Positions 24,602 through 37,705 are shown, numbered from the whole stretch's first letter. The stretch is DNA of 63,170 nt, filler included, from Octopus bimaculoides (GCF_001194135.2; 4 parts of 4 records of this genome joined end to end with filler, not necessarily neighbours in it), one strand, 5' to 3'. The notes: generated by a model from the letters alone, not told the origin. Numbers and translations are program-made.

Positions 24602-26629
24602 GTAGGTAGGTCTGTAGGTCGGTAGGTAGGTCGGTCGGTCGGTCGGTCGGTCGGTCGGCCGGTCGGTCGGTCGGTCGGTAGGTAGGTGTCTTGTCTACTT
24701 TAACACATGGCATGCTTTCCGGATCTACCGTAACTCAGACGTCCTCATACCAATGTTACTCGAAATTACCAATAGAGACTTCTCTGTTATAACAGAGAAG
24801 ACACATTGTTCTTCACTTTACTTTAAATGTCTGTGGAAATATCTTCCACGTCTATTAAACTTCAAGTAACATGAGAAGCTAAGTCAACCTGTTACCCAAT
24901 ATATACACCTCCAACTATGTGATGAGCGCTACGTCTGTTCGGAACACCTAACAGAACTGTTCTTGGCGTAAATGTGAGATAGAATTAGAATGAATCGGGG
25001 CGCTTATTGTTATGTGCACAATATCTTTGTTACAATATTTTTAGTCTCAGACAGGACTGTAAGGTGCTGTATTCTCAGAAGTGATGGTATCACACTAAAA
25101 TCTTTTGGATAATTAAATAAAAGTATACTGATAATGGTAATAATAATTGAATGTATATAAATAAATGGTAGAAAATAACAGCATTGAGATCAAAAATTAC
25201 ATGAAGGCAAGCCAAGGAAAACTGATTAGTGAAAAAAATTAGTTTTCTATTCATAAAGAAAATAATAAAATATAAACTGGAAACTAAATAGAGTGAAGAA
25301 AAATGAGTAAACAACAGGAAAGTCAATGTGACATTGGTTAATAAAGAAGCTTTCTTACAATGTTTATAATGAACCGAACTGCAGTTTTGCATAAAATGCA
25401 AGTAGATAGATTTTGAAATCTGGAGTGTCATCGCATCCAACACAACCCTTTGTTTCTATAGTAGCTTTGTAAACTAAAATAAACTTTGCAGTCTTAGGAT
25501 GTGAGAGGAGGGCATGAGTGTTAATGGCATAGAACGTACTCTGAGTTTTAGTGGAGACAGATTTTCTAAGCCGAAAATGTAATCAAAGCATATGTAGCGA
25601 GCATATACACAGCTGGATATTACGAAACATTTCTACCAAGAAAGTTGTATACACTGGAAGTTGTATAACCATGATTTCGAAAATGTAGTAAAAGATTTGA
25701 GCCTTGCAACAAAAAAAAAAAGTAAAAAGAAACAACCTTTGGTAGACCAGGTATGAGAAAAATAGGATGCGTACAAAATGATAAATGCTATACCAGGAAG
25801 CAAAGATTTACTCACAATCCCCGCTTTGACATGCTATAACAGCAACATTGTAAGTAAGGCACATTCTCAATAATTACGCAATGCATGTTCTACGCAATAA
25901 CCTTTGTGCTTTAATGTACAACTCACAGCACACACTATGTATAAAGCACTTTCAATACAAATACGAAATGCACAGTACTTGCCTCCCAAACAGCTTCCCT
26001 ATATTTGCACACATTTAACATAATATACGCCGTAACTCACGTCCCAATGAAATAATACAATCCACTTAGCGCATATTTTACAGTTTCCTCCCGATACTTT
26101 CACTTCTTACTTTCTACAGACTTTTTAAATAAAATGACACAATATATTCCGGAGTGCCTGTATATTTCTCATCTGACTATGGCTCTGCATCTGGGTGTTT
26201 TCTAAGAGGCAGGCATGAAAAAAATCTGTCTTCATATGGAAGGCCAATAGTTGACATCCATGCAAATTTGTCCCCATTATGCCATCGACATTATCCACAG
26301 AAAAGTGAAAAGCCTATACAAAAGCCACTAGGACAGAAAGAACTGGCAAGGATGTAACAACTTCACACCACTCACTCTTTTTGGTTAGAGTAGTATATAT
26401 CGACCCTGAATGGATGAAAAATAAAGTTCACCATATCGGGATTTCAACTTCGAGTGTAGAGAGCCGAAGAATTACCACGAGATATTCTATTCCAAAAAGT
26501 ACATCTCATAGCACTCTCGAATATTTCAACTTCTGAGACTAGAAAAATGGGTATTGCACATAACCTTCGCTTTCTCTCCGAAACTGATGAGTCTTATGCT
26601 ATTAATATTCATTTTAAGCAGTTGCTGGT

Positions 26630-27165
26630 TGAACCTGCAGGAAAGACAAACGCAGAGAGACAATTTCTAATGAGGAATGACTTGGAATAATGGTTAGTGT
26701 GTAGACAATAGTGGTAGTTGACACAAAAAAGTGACGAGAGGTGTGAGATGGGTCAGAGATACGAAATGGGGCTGGAAGTACGAGAGTAGTCAGCTTCAAA
26801 GCAGAAGTTATTATAGTATCTATAGAAAAGACAGAGACATGATATAGTATGCCAATATGCCAGGCCCTGAAATATTTCCATTCAGTCAAGTAGTCCCTTT
26901 TTGGACGCTGTCAAGAATATCTAGGTGCATAGCATCAACAATGCGCCAGTTTGGGAGGAATACACCATTGTAGGCTTTCTTGGAATTTGTAGAGTATAAT
27001 TGAAATTTTCTGGCTCTGAAGAGAACGACCAGATTTTGGGATGCAATGTTACCTATGTTAAGTGATGTGAATTTGCCCGTAAGGTGTCTGGTGATGCCGA
27101 GGCTCAGCTTGGAACGAATATGTTGGCACTAGCTGAATACTGTTCATCTTTGTGGGGTGGGGTGT
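26630..27165 (-). mobile_element. CR1/Jockey-superfamily LINE 3' fragment (RT C-terminal region), degenerate
   Basis: Mixed frames give KPTMVYSSQ, HLDILDSVQK, SCLCLFYRYYNN and HYSKSFL...FVFPA, matching the conserved C-terminal block of these LINEs. Confidence 0.65.
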
Positions 27166-27299
27166 GGTAGCCTTGATATGAGCAATGCTAATTGTTTTTT
27201 CTATACAATCGCACCTGAATACAACCTTTCACTGTCTATTAAAGCAATACTACCTGTACAGGTGCACGCTGCGCCATACGTCATATGTCAAAATGATCG

Positions 27300-27393
27300 C
27301 ACAGCAACGTGAAATGAAGTGTTTTTCTCAAGACCACAACACACCATCCGGTCACGAGTGGAACGCTCTAACTTCTACGCCGCGCACCTTCAC
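27300..27393 (-). mobile_element. SINE family B head fragment
   Basis: GCAACGTGAAATGAAGTG..CTCAAGACCACAAC..GCGCACCTTCAC. Confidence 0.7.
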
Positions 27394-27515
27394 GTCCCAA
27401 TACTATAACACAGTTCATACGTTTCATATTCTTTATAATCACCTCTGAACACTATAACACTATAACATATCTCTTATAAGACAATTAGATATGCACTATA
27501 TACATTTAACGTATG

Positions 27516-27645
<130 letters not shown>

Positions 27646-29714
27646 ATACAAATAACAATAACTATAAAAGCTTTCTCAACAAAGAGTAACATAATAAAAC
27701 TAAAAGAACACAACAAATAAGATATAACAGAGACATCTTAGCACTTTCTTAAAATACATTGAACACATACCTAGACAACTTAGTTGTGCACCTGGCAGGG
27801 CTGAATGAATGATCTACTGAAAATAAATAATGTTGATGATGAGGACTATGATGATGACGCTGTCCTTAATAATAACAACAACAACAACCATAGTGGCAAT
27901 TATTGTACCTGCGATGCAATTTAACTTTCGTTTTTAAACTTGTGTCTTTTTTTGTATAAATGAGGTCATGATAAATTGAATTAGTTGTTTCACTGTACTC
28001 TCCTCCACAGTTATCTGTCTAGAGACTAAGCGAAAATCTCAGCTGATATTTAATTGTGTCGAGTCTCCCAGTTCTGATAACTGGCATTTTCTGCTGTAGT
28101 CTATTCTAAAATCCCATTTTCATTCTTTACTTCTACATGGATAATGATTATGCCATTAACTTCAAATTTGATTTTCAAAACTTGAAGCATCCATTAGTAA
28201 ATTACCTTTGGCCACAATGATTTTTTTTCTGCTAATGGTGGTGATGTTCTATGGTAATGTATGGATGAAGACGGCGTCTACAAAATACATTAAGATCTGG
28301 TGATGTTCTAAATTAGACATAATTATTGTGTACAGTTTATAATTGTTAATGTTAGTGCAACGTCATTAGAGATTTGTTTATATTAAAATTAAACAGAGTA
28401 TTTCATCAAATAATATCTCAAAATATCAAGGCAACCGTGACGCCTAGAACCAAACATGATGGAATATGAAAACTTAATTGGATCATTTAGGACCAATAGA
28501 AAATACATAACGTGGAACCTCTTACATAGTTGCTTCACTTGCTGGAAATAGTAGCTAAATCCTCCTGAAATCATAACTTATAGGTCCTTCAAAACGAATA
28601 TGTTAAATAATGTAAACCAAGATACAATGTTTCTGAATAATATACGGGATGTTCGCGGCTGGAATATTTTTTACTATAACTCAAGGCTTAAATAAAGCTG
28701 AACAAAAATACAAGCAAGTACAAAGCCTATGCACTGACTTACAGTTATAAAAAGCGCCTCGCAGTAATCTGAGCGCAACAACTGTCCTTTGTTTGAAATA
28801 ATAAAATACAATTATAGAATTGTTTTAAACAAAACTTGAGTCTCAAGCGAAAAATGTCTCAAAGGATGCTAAAAATTGAATTACAAAGACAGATAATGCG
28901 TAACGGGATTAACATTGCTTTAGCTAACTATAACATTCTATAATTATCTTTGAAAAAATTATCCCCTCATTTATTTACAAAGACATCTGAAGTGGCATTT
29001 AAACTGAACAAAATTGATTGACAGAGAACTTGAGAAATATCTAATTGTCAGCAGTATAAATATACTTAGAGAATGTTTTGAGCCTTTAAAAGTGGGTTAT
29101 AACACGTAAGTTATGCAACAATTTGTTTCAGGCCATGTGTACAGGAATGAAATAGACACTTTAGGATGAAGTACATGTATCATTCAAATAATCTATAACA
29201 ATCAACACCAACCATCAATTAAATGCCTTAAAATATAAATTTAACTGTATTTTCAAAACCAGAGTATTGGTGATTAGTCTCAGATCAGTTCTAATTGAGT
29301 AGACCAATGATCAAAATTACTGCAGGAGTTACCAAGACACACGCTGAGTATACCGTATCTAAGACAACAAGTGTTATTCCATTTTTGTTCATGAAGTATG
29401 GAAATCTGGTTGTTACTTGTATCATGCCGAATGAAACTGTTTACTTATATGAAAGAGTGTAACTCATGTTTGAGTGACAGGTCTACGTAATCAGAAGTAT
29501 TTGAAAGAGATAAAGCAGAGTTACAGGCAAATACGAAGAGGAGGTATAGTAACAGTTCTGTTCCGTGAGTGGCAGCAGTATTCCACTATAGCACATTCCG
29601 ATAAGATAGTTATCCGCCCCTGACTGGAACTCTCCCGTATGACATGTACGGATGCTCAATGACTTGCTTCTACTTCTGCAGACTACTGACTCACAGGCTG
29701 TATGACCGGTTAAT

Positions 29715-29798
29715 ATGATGCCTCCAAAGAAATCGCGGAAATACTGTTGTATATGCAGCAATTCTAGAGAGAAGAATGTAAACGGCAAAATTATTTCC
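29715..29798 (+). pseudogene. 5' stub of a THAP-domain (transposase) ORF, truncated by internal deletion
   Basis: Translates MMPPKKSRKYCCICSNSREKNVNGKIIS, resembling the N-terminal Cys-containing start of a THAP domain. It begins about 125 bp inside the left TIR and breaks where the opposite-strand gene remnant begins. Confidence 0.6.
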
Positions 29799-30862
29799 TC
29801 CTGCATTTGAATCTCTTTTGTGTAGTCTTTTCTTGAAACGCTTTACATTTACAGTAGCCTCAAAAGGCTTTGGAGTTGGATCACCTGATATCCTTGAAAA
29901 TCCCTTGCTAAAGCTTTTCTAAATGGCAGTTGTACAGCTTTCTTTGGGCTCAACTTCCGTTCTCTTGGATTATTCCACTTGCATTTCATGGAGGTTGGTG
30001 CCAAAGTCCCACGTTTCTTATAGGCAGTTATGTTCAAAATGGCATGTAGTAAAGCTCCGATACGGTTACAGGCCTCCTCTTGCCTGAAATAAGAAATAGA
30101 CCATTAGATAAACTTCAGAGATATGTGTATCACACTATGCATTTGTATTTGATAAATATGATAGGGATAAAAACATATTCAAAATGAAGTCTCATTTATT
30201 TATTATTTTTTGTTTTAATTATACATATATTTACTTACATCCATAAAAGATACTATTATTAAACAAGGGAAAAAAGTTAAAATAATTAAATAGGCTTTTA
30301 CGCTGCAGTGCAGTTGCAATCAGCTGAATGCACATTGCCAGTGACCTTTGACATAATTATCCGCACTCTGTGATCAGAATTGTTCTTTTTGTTAGATGTT
30401 GGTATTGGCGGGATAACCAGACACCGGACAATGCAATGAGAGCAGTTTTCGGTAACATCGTGATATTCAATGTTGTGGACGTGTCTGTCATGGTAGAATA
30501 TGCCACACATTAACTGTCACTTTGCCTTCATCCGTAGCACAAGGTAGTTGTAAACGTCATGATCCGTAAATTTCGACAACTTATGAAGATCTTTAGTCCA
30601 ATTAGGATCAGCGCATTAGGATCAGGTTATATTTCACCGAGAGGAGTTACAAGTTTCTGCTTATTCCGGTCTGAAGTACACTTCTCGTCTGTTGATTTTA
30701 ATTCGTTGACATTCTTTATCGAAAGAGTTTCAATACCTTTTAACTTTTCAGCCAAGTCCGCCTTTTTCCAGTAACATATTGTCCATGTAATCGCAAATAA
30801 TTCTTTAACTCGGAAACAGTAAGTGCTTCGATAACTGGGTCAACGAGCTGCTTAATATTCAT
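29799..30862 (-). pseudogene. Degenerate SAP-domain + SWIM zinc-finger gene (second ORF of the transposon), two exons, 3' part deleted
   Basis: Exon 1 (30862-30302): MNIKQLVDPVIEALTVSELKNYLRLHGQYVTGK(K)ADL (SAP-like), then WTKDLHKLSKFTDHDVYNYL...HNIEYHDVTENCSHCIVRCLVIP...SKVTGNVHSADCNCTA. GT-AG intron at 30301-30084. Exon 2: QEEACNRIGALLHAI...APTSMKCKWNNPR (SWIM CxC...CxH with H>R, followed by a CxW-type motif). Several frameshifts and stops. Confidence 0.75.
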
Positions 30863-33134
30863 GATATGATGTAACACACAACAACAATGGCGTGGGTAGT
30901 CTGCGGAAGTAGAATTGTCTGCATGGAACACAGCCTAGCCAAGGTAGATAATCTACTTACTGGAATGCGCTATAACTAAATGGAATCATATATCTATCAC
31001 AGAATAGATTTCTATTTGTGTTTAACCCAGGTCAGTCTCTAACTTGCAAAGTTAGGTCACATACATAACATGGTATAATTTGAGTCCCAGAGATAAATTT
31101 ACTTTGTTAGAACTAGAAAGAATTCAATTTGTGATTAGTTGCTGAGTGACTACAAAACCGAAGTTAAACTCACAGAGGAATCCTTTTTCCATTCACGGAA
31201 CAATGCTGTTACTATACACAAAAAAAAAACATTCCCAACTGTGTCAACGAGGAAGCCATTGAACAGATGATCTAGAGTTAGTTCTAGATCGAACAGAAGA
31301 TCTAGAATGAGCAACTCACAACAATCTCTATTCCACACATTTGTTTTCACTCAGTCTTTTTCTATTACAATTACAACAGTATCTTTTTGTATACACTGTA
31401 TGTCTAAAACAATATTTGAATTGTCTTTCCTTTTAAAGAGGTTATTGTACATCGTGGATTTTTGGTTCTTCTAATACAGCAGTTACGTCATTAGCTCACA
31501 GAAAATGTTATCATCATCGGACAAAAGGGAGAAAAATTTATACAAATATAGCGTGTTAGTGAGTGCATATTACAATTAATTCTCTCACCTGCATACACTG
31601 TTTCCCATTTCCCTGTCTCTGATTTAATTTTGAAAGACTGAGCCCATGCTTCTCACTTCTAAATGGTAAAACGCTTTATCTTCCAGCTCTGGATCTTCGG
31701 TTCACGATATCGTAACTACATCCTACCACGCAGTGTTCCTTACCCGCACATCCCCATATAGTAACCCAGCACACGTTCACCTTCCTTTCTCAGACCACGT
31801 AAACCTTCTTATACATTTACACACCATATAAATTGAGCATTTGCCTCAAACAATCTGACACGTGGGCAGAATAAGCCACTTCCTGTGTGCACGCACATCC
31901 ACATACTCACATACTCACATACTCACATACCATCTCACTTTTAATCTACAAACACACTTCCACACGTCTAACATATCACTCCTTCACACATTTCTCACTA
32001 TAAAACATGATTTACACATGGGTGCCACACACAAATATCCTACACAACCACGCAAACACAACCAGAGATATCGTGAGTTCTTTCCTATTCTTCTCTTGTT
32101 CTTTCACTCTCTTCATACTGTTGTTTCCTCTCAGTCACTCTTTCGTATTATAGGACCTCTTCTAGTTGCTTTATTCCACTTAGATTTCATCCTACCTGAC
32201 GTTTGTCAGATAAACAGATCTCCTGTCTGGTATCCTATATTTTGCCTCTTCTTGTAAAGTAAATTTTATTCCCTTTCCTTCTCTCTGACAAACAGCATCA
32301 ACTCAACATTCATATTCTTATTTCTTTCGTCATTTGACGTATTGAGCTTCATTGTAAGTTTCATTTGTTTGATGCATTCCCACCATACATTTTATACGAA
32401 TTTTAGGAACGTTGTTTTGCTTGTGTGATTCAACGTAGTATTTTTTTGTTTCTTTGATCCTTCCTAACCTCACGATTTACTCGTGCTGCAAGTCTGATTT
32501 TTACTCATGTATGTTTGCTAAGGTGAGCAGTAGGGTTCAGCTGTTTGGCCTGTAGAACAAATGATTCTGTTCTGGAGGAGGTAGGGGATAACAATAGTTG
32601 CTGAAGATGGCCAGATGTCAAGGACTGTAACATTGTGGCCATGTTATCAGCGCCCAGCATCCTTGTGCTCACATTCCCAAAAACTGGGTGGATGTTAAAC
32701 GAGCTAGCACTTGACAAAGATGAAGATGGTTTAATAGCATCAAAGTTTAGACGGGAATGATTTTCGCAGAGTTGTGCGGCTACAGCATGAGACCTGGCGA
32801 GGAGTGCCAATTGTCTCTGAGGCCTACCACACGCTCACACACGCATGCACGCATGCACACACATACGCACGCGTGTACACAGACGCACATGCACAAACAC
32901 AAACACTCTCACACTTACATACACACACACTATTCAATAAAGGGTTCTTTTGAAAGCATGAAAATGTTAAGCTCCAAATTATACACCATACTCATCTATA
33001 TAAATTGTTTTAATAAGCGACTAAACGTCTGTATGTGTGTTGCACAAACGCAGACACACGGGCACATATTGCGTATGTACATATGTATATGGATTGATGC
33101 ACACACATACACACACACACATATATATATTAAA

Positions 33135-33493
33135 ACTCGACTCCGTCGATCACAAATGACCATGGGTGCACCTAAGAGGTTCGTCCCCATGGTACATGCC
33201 TGGGCAGTAAGTCGCCTCACCGGCGAACGCAAATCCTAGGGCCGTGTTCATGGAAGACCAGCAGTCGCCCATGCATACCATGCCTCCTTCACCACGCCGC
33301 CGATGTTATCCAAAAGAAAGGCAAAGATTGGCACCAGTGATGTCGCAACTCATTTCTACAGTTGAAAGAACTGAAGCAACGTGAATTAAAATATCTTGCT
33401 CAAGAACACAACACGTAGCCCGGTGCAGGAATCAAACTCAGAACCTCATGATCGTAAGCTCGACGCTCTAACCAATGAGCCTTGCGCCTTCAC
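33135..33493 (-). mobile_element. SINE family B copy
   Basis: Homologous to 1826-2088 over both head and body. Confidence 0.85.
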
Positions 33494-33645
33494 ACACTCA
33501 CACATATATACACACACTCATACATACACACACTCATATATACATACATATATATACATATATACGAACATATATACACACACACACACATATATATGCT
33601 TATATATATACACAGACATACATACACATATATATGAATATATAC

Positions 33646-33677
<32 letters not shown>

Positions 33678-34328
33678 NNNNNNNNNNNNNNNNNNNNNNN
33701 NNNNNNNNNNNNNNNNNNNNNNNNNNNNNNNNNNNNNNNNNNNNNNNNNNNNNNNNNNNNNNNNNNNNNNNNNNNNNNNNNNNNNNNNNNNNNNNNNNNN
33801 NNNNNNNNNNNNNNNNNNNNNNNNNNNNNNNNNNNNNNNNNNNNNNNNNNNNNNNNNNNNNNNNNNNNNNNNNNNNNNNNNNNNNNNNNNNNNNNNNNNN
33901 NNNNNNNNNNNNNNNNNNNNNNNNNNNNNNNNNNNNNNNNNNNNNNNNNNNNNNNNNNNNNNNNNNNNNNNNNNNNNNNNNNNNNNNNNNNNNNNNNNNN
34001 NNNNNNNNNNNNNNNNNNNNNNNNNNNNNNNNNNNNNNNNNNNNNNNNNNNNNNNNNNNNNNNNNNNNNNNNNNNNNNNNNNNNNNNNNNNNNNNNNNNN
34101 NNNNNNNNNNNNNNNNNNNNNNNNNNNNNNNNNNNNNNNNNNNNNNNNNNNNNNNNNNNNNNNNNNNNNNNNNNNNNNNNNNNNNNNNNNNNNNNNNNNN
34201 NNNNNNNNNNNNNNNNNNNNNNNNNNNNNNNNNNNNNNNNNNNNNNNNNNNNNNNNNNNNNNNNNNNNNNNNNNNNNNNNNNNNNNNNNNNNNNNNNNNN
34301 NNNNNNNNNNNNNNNNNNNNNNNNNNNN

Positions 34329-34378
<50 letters not shown>

Positions 34379-34934
34379 ACACGCACGCACACGTACGCAC
34401 ACACGCGTACACACTCACACACATATATATATACACAATGACTGCCCACACATATGTACAAATTTATCTACACATGCCCCCACATTCGCCGTCACACGCA
34501 CGCACACTTAATCAGTAGCACACCCACACATGCGTCTATATAGACAGATAGATGAATAGTTATGGAAAGGTAGTAAATGTCATCTGTATTTTAATTTTAG
34601 AAATAATGCCCATAAATATATAGATATGAATGCCACACATAAAAGTAAACACTGAGATGTAAACAAGAAGGAAAGAAAAGTACTTGCTAATAGAAGAAGA
34701 GAATCAATGTATCAATGTGTGTGTGGGGGGTGCGTGTGTGTGTGTGTGTGCGTGTGTGCATGTGTATGTGTGTGTATGTGTGTGTGTGTGTGTGTGTGCG
34801 TGCGTGCATGCTTGTCTGTGTCTGTGTGATTGCTTATACACACAATCTCGAAAACGACACCTCATCTGACACAGTCTGACATTGACTATAAACACACACG
34901 TTCATATGATATATACCTATACACATGTACATAT

Positions 34935-34982
<48 letters not shown>

Positions 34983-36140
34983 ACACGCGTGCGCGCGTGT
35001 GCGCAAACACACAAGATATGTATATAAGTGAAATGATTGATTTAATGTTATTTTTTTCCTTTCCATACAATAATAAGCAAATGCCTTTCGCCCATTGGGA
35101 TTAGCTTCCGATGAGAAGTGGAAATAATATTAAGAAAGAAGTCTCCTTCGATGTGGACTTGCCTTTAAGTAAATGAGAATTTGATTGTCTTGTGTCAAGG
35201 GAGCACTACTGGACACTCCACAATATACATCAATTAATAATAATTATATTAGATAAAATATGATAAAACCCTTAAATATGTATGTATATATTAGAAATGA
35301 AGAAGTATATATTTTAATCAGCTTACGCACGTTTCGAATATCCTGGAACTGTATTATACTGCAACGAAGCAATCATGCATATAAATCGATCAATGCTTGA
35401 CCGATTGAGATTCTACAGAAATCGAGAAAGTTAACATCAATATATCCCCATCAAAGCTTTAATAATTTCTTGGAAAACAAAACATTTTAATGGAGATATA
35501 TTGCAGACAACGATATTGGTCTCGAAAAGGAATAGGTATAACTATTAACAGACCTACTTAGGAATTCGTAAGTTAAAGAAGTTTCAAAATAAAATATATG
35601 GCAAATTCCTTGCCAACTTTAAACTGTTATCGAACTATTCAAGTATATAAAAGAGGTACCTGTAGCAGCTAAGGTGGCTCATGAGATATATTATTTGAGG
35701 TTCAATGGAATGTTATTTGATCAATATCAATTCTAAATATAAGCTTTAGGTAGAAAGCAGGTTAGTTATTGAAAATCCCAAATATTGTTAAGTTTACTAC
35801 TATGCATCTCTTTTAAATTATTCTAAGGTACAGTGAAGCTTTGATACGGATATATTGGCGTTGCATTTCTCCATTGCTGAGTAATATGAGTCGCTCAAAT
35901 ATTGATCGATTAATGCGTATGATAAATATATGGCAGAACTAATAGCAACTATTACGTAATTCCGAGCCTCCATAGACACCTATCCGACCTGCAATACTAT
36001 ACACTCACTCCCATTAGCTTCGTGCGTTTTTTGTACTCCATGTATATTTGTACTGTAAATATATAAATATTTATATGCGTATACATGCGTTGTCATCTTA
36101 TGAATAGTTTAATTTTTGTTTCTCTCTCTCTATATATATG

Positions 36141-36191
<51 letters not shown>

Positions 36192-36371
36192 ATGTGTATA
36201 TGGATGTAGGCATATTTTATATATCAAGCTCAAGCATGCTTATGTGTATCAATCTCTCTCTTTCCTTCATCCTCTCTCTCTCTCTCTGTCAGACACTCTC
36301 TCTCTCTGTATTCATATATATAAGTACATACATGTATATATGTGTTTAACGGCAAGGAATGCGACTACCTA

Positions 36372-37705
36372 ACAAATTTTGATTGCAAAACCAGCAACCT
36401 CTACGGGCTTCCGAAAATCCTCAATAGCAAAATAATTACCGAGGCTTGCAAAAAGTCCACCTCAACCTGAATCACTGTACCACATACCACTGATCTCCAA
36501 CTGACACCAATTTTGGCAGGCCTAAACTGTGAAACACATAGATTAAGCAACTGCATTGATATACTCTTAAAACCAAATTCTTAAACACATACCAAGTTTT
36601 GTAAGGGATGACCTGGACCTTCTAAATCACCTCCCCAAGAGTACAAATAAAGACATTTTCATCGTTTCTTTTGATGTGATAAAACTTTATACTACGATCC
36701 CACATCAATATGGACTAGAAGCCATTAAATTCTGGCTAGAAAAATTCCCCAATGAGGTCCCGGAAAGAATTTTTAAAATTATCACCGAAGGACTTAAGTT
36801 TATCCTCCAAAACAACTTTTTAACTTTTAATAATAATACATACAGACAGGTATCAGAGACTGCAGTGGGTACTAAAGTTGCCCCAACTTATGCCAATCTG
36901 GTAATGGGGTACCTAGAATTACAAATCTATGAACAATCTGAATCAAAATACAGCCTGTCTTTCCACAAATACCTGTTGGAGAATAGGAAACGCTACTTGG
37001 ATGAATGCCTCATCCTATGGTCTCACACATTCGACCAACTCAATGAATTCAAAAATTTAATCAACAATGTCAACGACCATATCCAATTTACAATGGAATA
37101 TAGTCAAGACCAACTTCCATTTCTAGGCATTCTTATAAAAAAGGCACCAACATTGAAATTGATATCCACCACAAACCAACTGATTCCAAACAATACCTCC
37201 TGTTCACCTCCAATCACCCAAAGCACACGAAGACAAACATCTCTTTCAATCTAGCGAGAAGAATCTGTACAATTGTCTCAAATTATTGATCGCGAAATAA
37301 AAGACTCCAAGAACTAAAAGCAATTCTTCTCGAAAGACAGTACCCAGTATCATTACTTGAGAATGGGATAGAACGAGCCAAAACAATCGATATCCAAGAC
37401 TTACGAAAACCGAAAAACACTCAAGATACATTAAATAGTCTTCCATATCTCTCAACACACAATCCAAGAAATACAGAACTTTACACGATTATATACAAGA
37501 ACATCCCACTACTGAGTCAAGACTCACGTCTAAAAAAGCATTTGAAAACCAATAAAATAATAAAAAGCAAGAGAAACCCAAATACCTACTCACCAATGAA
37601 AAATTACCTAACATCCACCGTCAAAAAATGTGGTCGGTTTAACTGCAGGCCTTGCATCCACCTCATTGAAGGAACAATGTACAAATTCCAGTTAGGATAC
37701 ACTTT
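36372..37705 (+). mobile_element. Penelope-like retroelement fragment (RT core, thumb, Cys linker; degenerate)
   Basis: Motifs LYGLPKI, VSFDVIKLYTTIPH, QVSETAVGTKVAPTYANLVMGYLE, RYLDECLILW (YxDD degraded), HIQFTMEYSQDQLPFL, STHNPRN and VKKCGRFNCRPCIHLIEG. Contains frameshifts and stops. Confidence 0.9.

Larger units (their letters stand above)
29590..30971. mobile_element. Internally deleted, non-autonomous ISL2EU-like (PIF/Harbinger-ISL2EU-Spy group) DNA transposon
   Basis: Imperfect TIRs: left AGCACATTCCGATAAGATAGTTATCCGCCC vs reverse complement of right AGCGCATTCCAGTAAGTAGATTATCTACCT (20/30, first 10 bp 9/10). Flanked by AT on both sides (29588-89, 30972-73). Contains two convergent ORF remnants (THAP start on +, SAP+SWIM on -). 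Assignment to ISL2EU rests on known family traits (AT TSD, THAP transposase plus a SWIM/YqaJ second gene). Confidence 0.75.
29548..31213. mobile_element. Outer MITE-like element (about 285 bp without the insert) hosting the ISL2EU-like derivative
   Basis: Inverted repeat 29545-29572 TATAGTAACAGTTCTGTTCCGTGAGTGG vs 31189-31216 (24/28 identical), with weaker similarity continuing about 14 bp inward. AT dinucleotide on both sides (29546-47, 31214-15). Confidence 0.6.

Noticed and set aside
24779-24800. Perfect 22-bp palindrome CTTCTCTGTTATAACAGAGAAG
   Set aside because: Isolated short palindrome with no context suggesting function; similar small hairpins occur near 12040-12059 and 31271-31292.
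29698-29766. Apparent minus-strand exon (LLHIQQYFRDFFGGIILTGHTA) with good splice signals
   Set aside because: It is the antisense of the THAP stub inside the transposon.
31175-31212. Apparent 38-nt minus-strand exon (TALFREWKKDSS)
   Set aside because: It coincides with the right terminal inverted repeat of the outer MITE.
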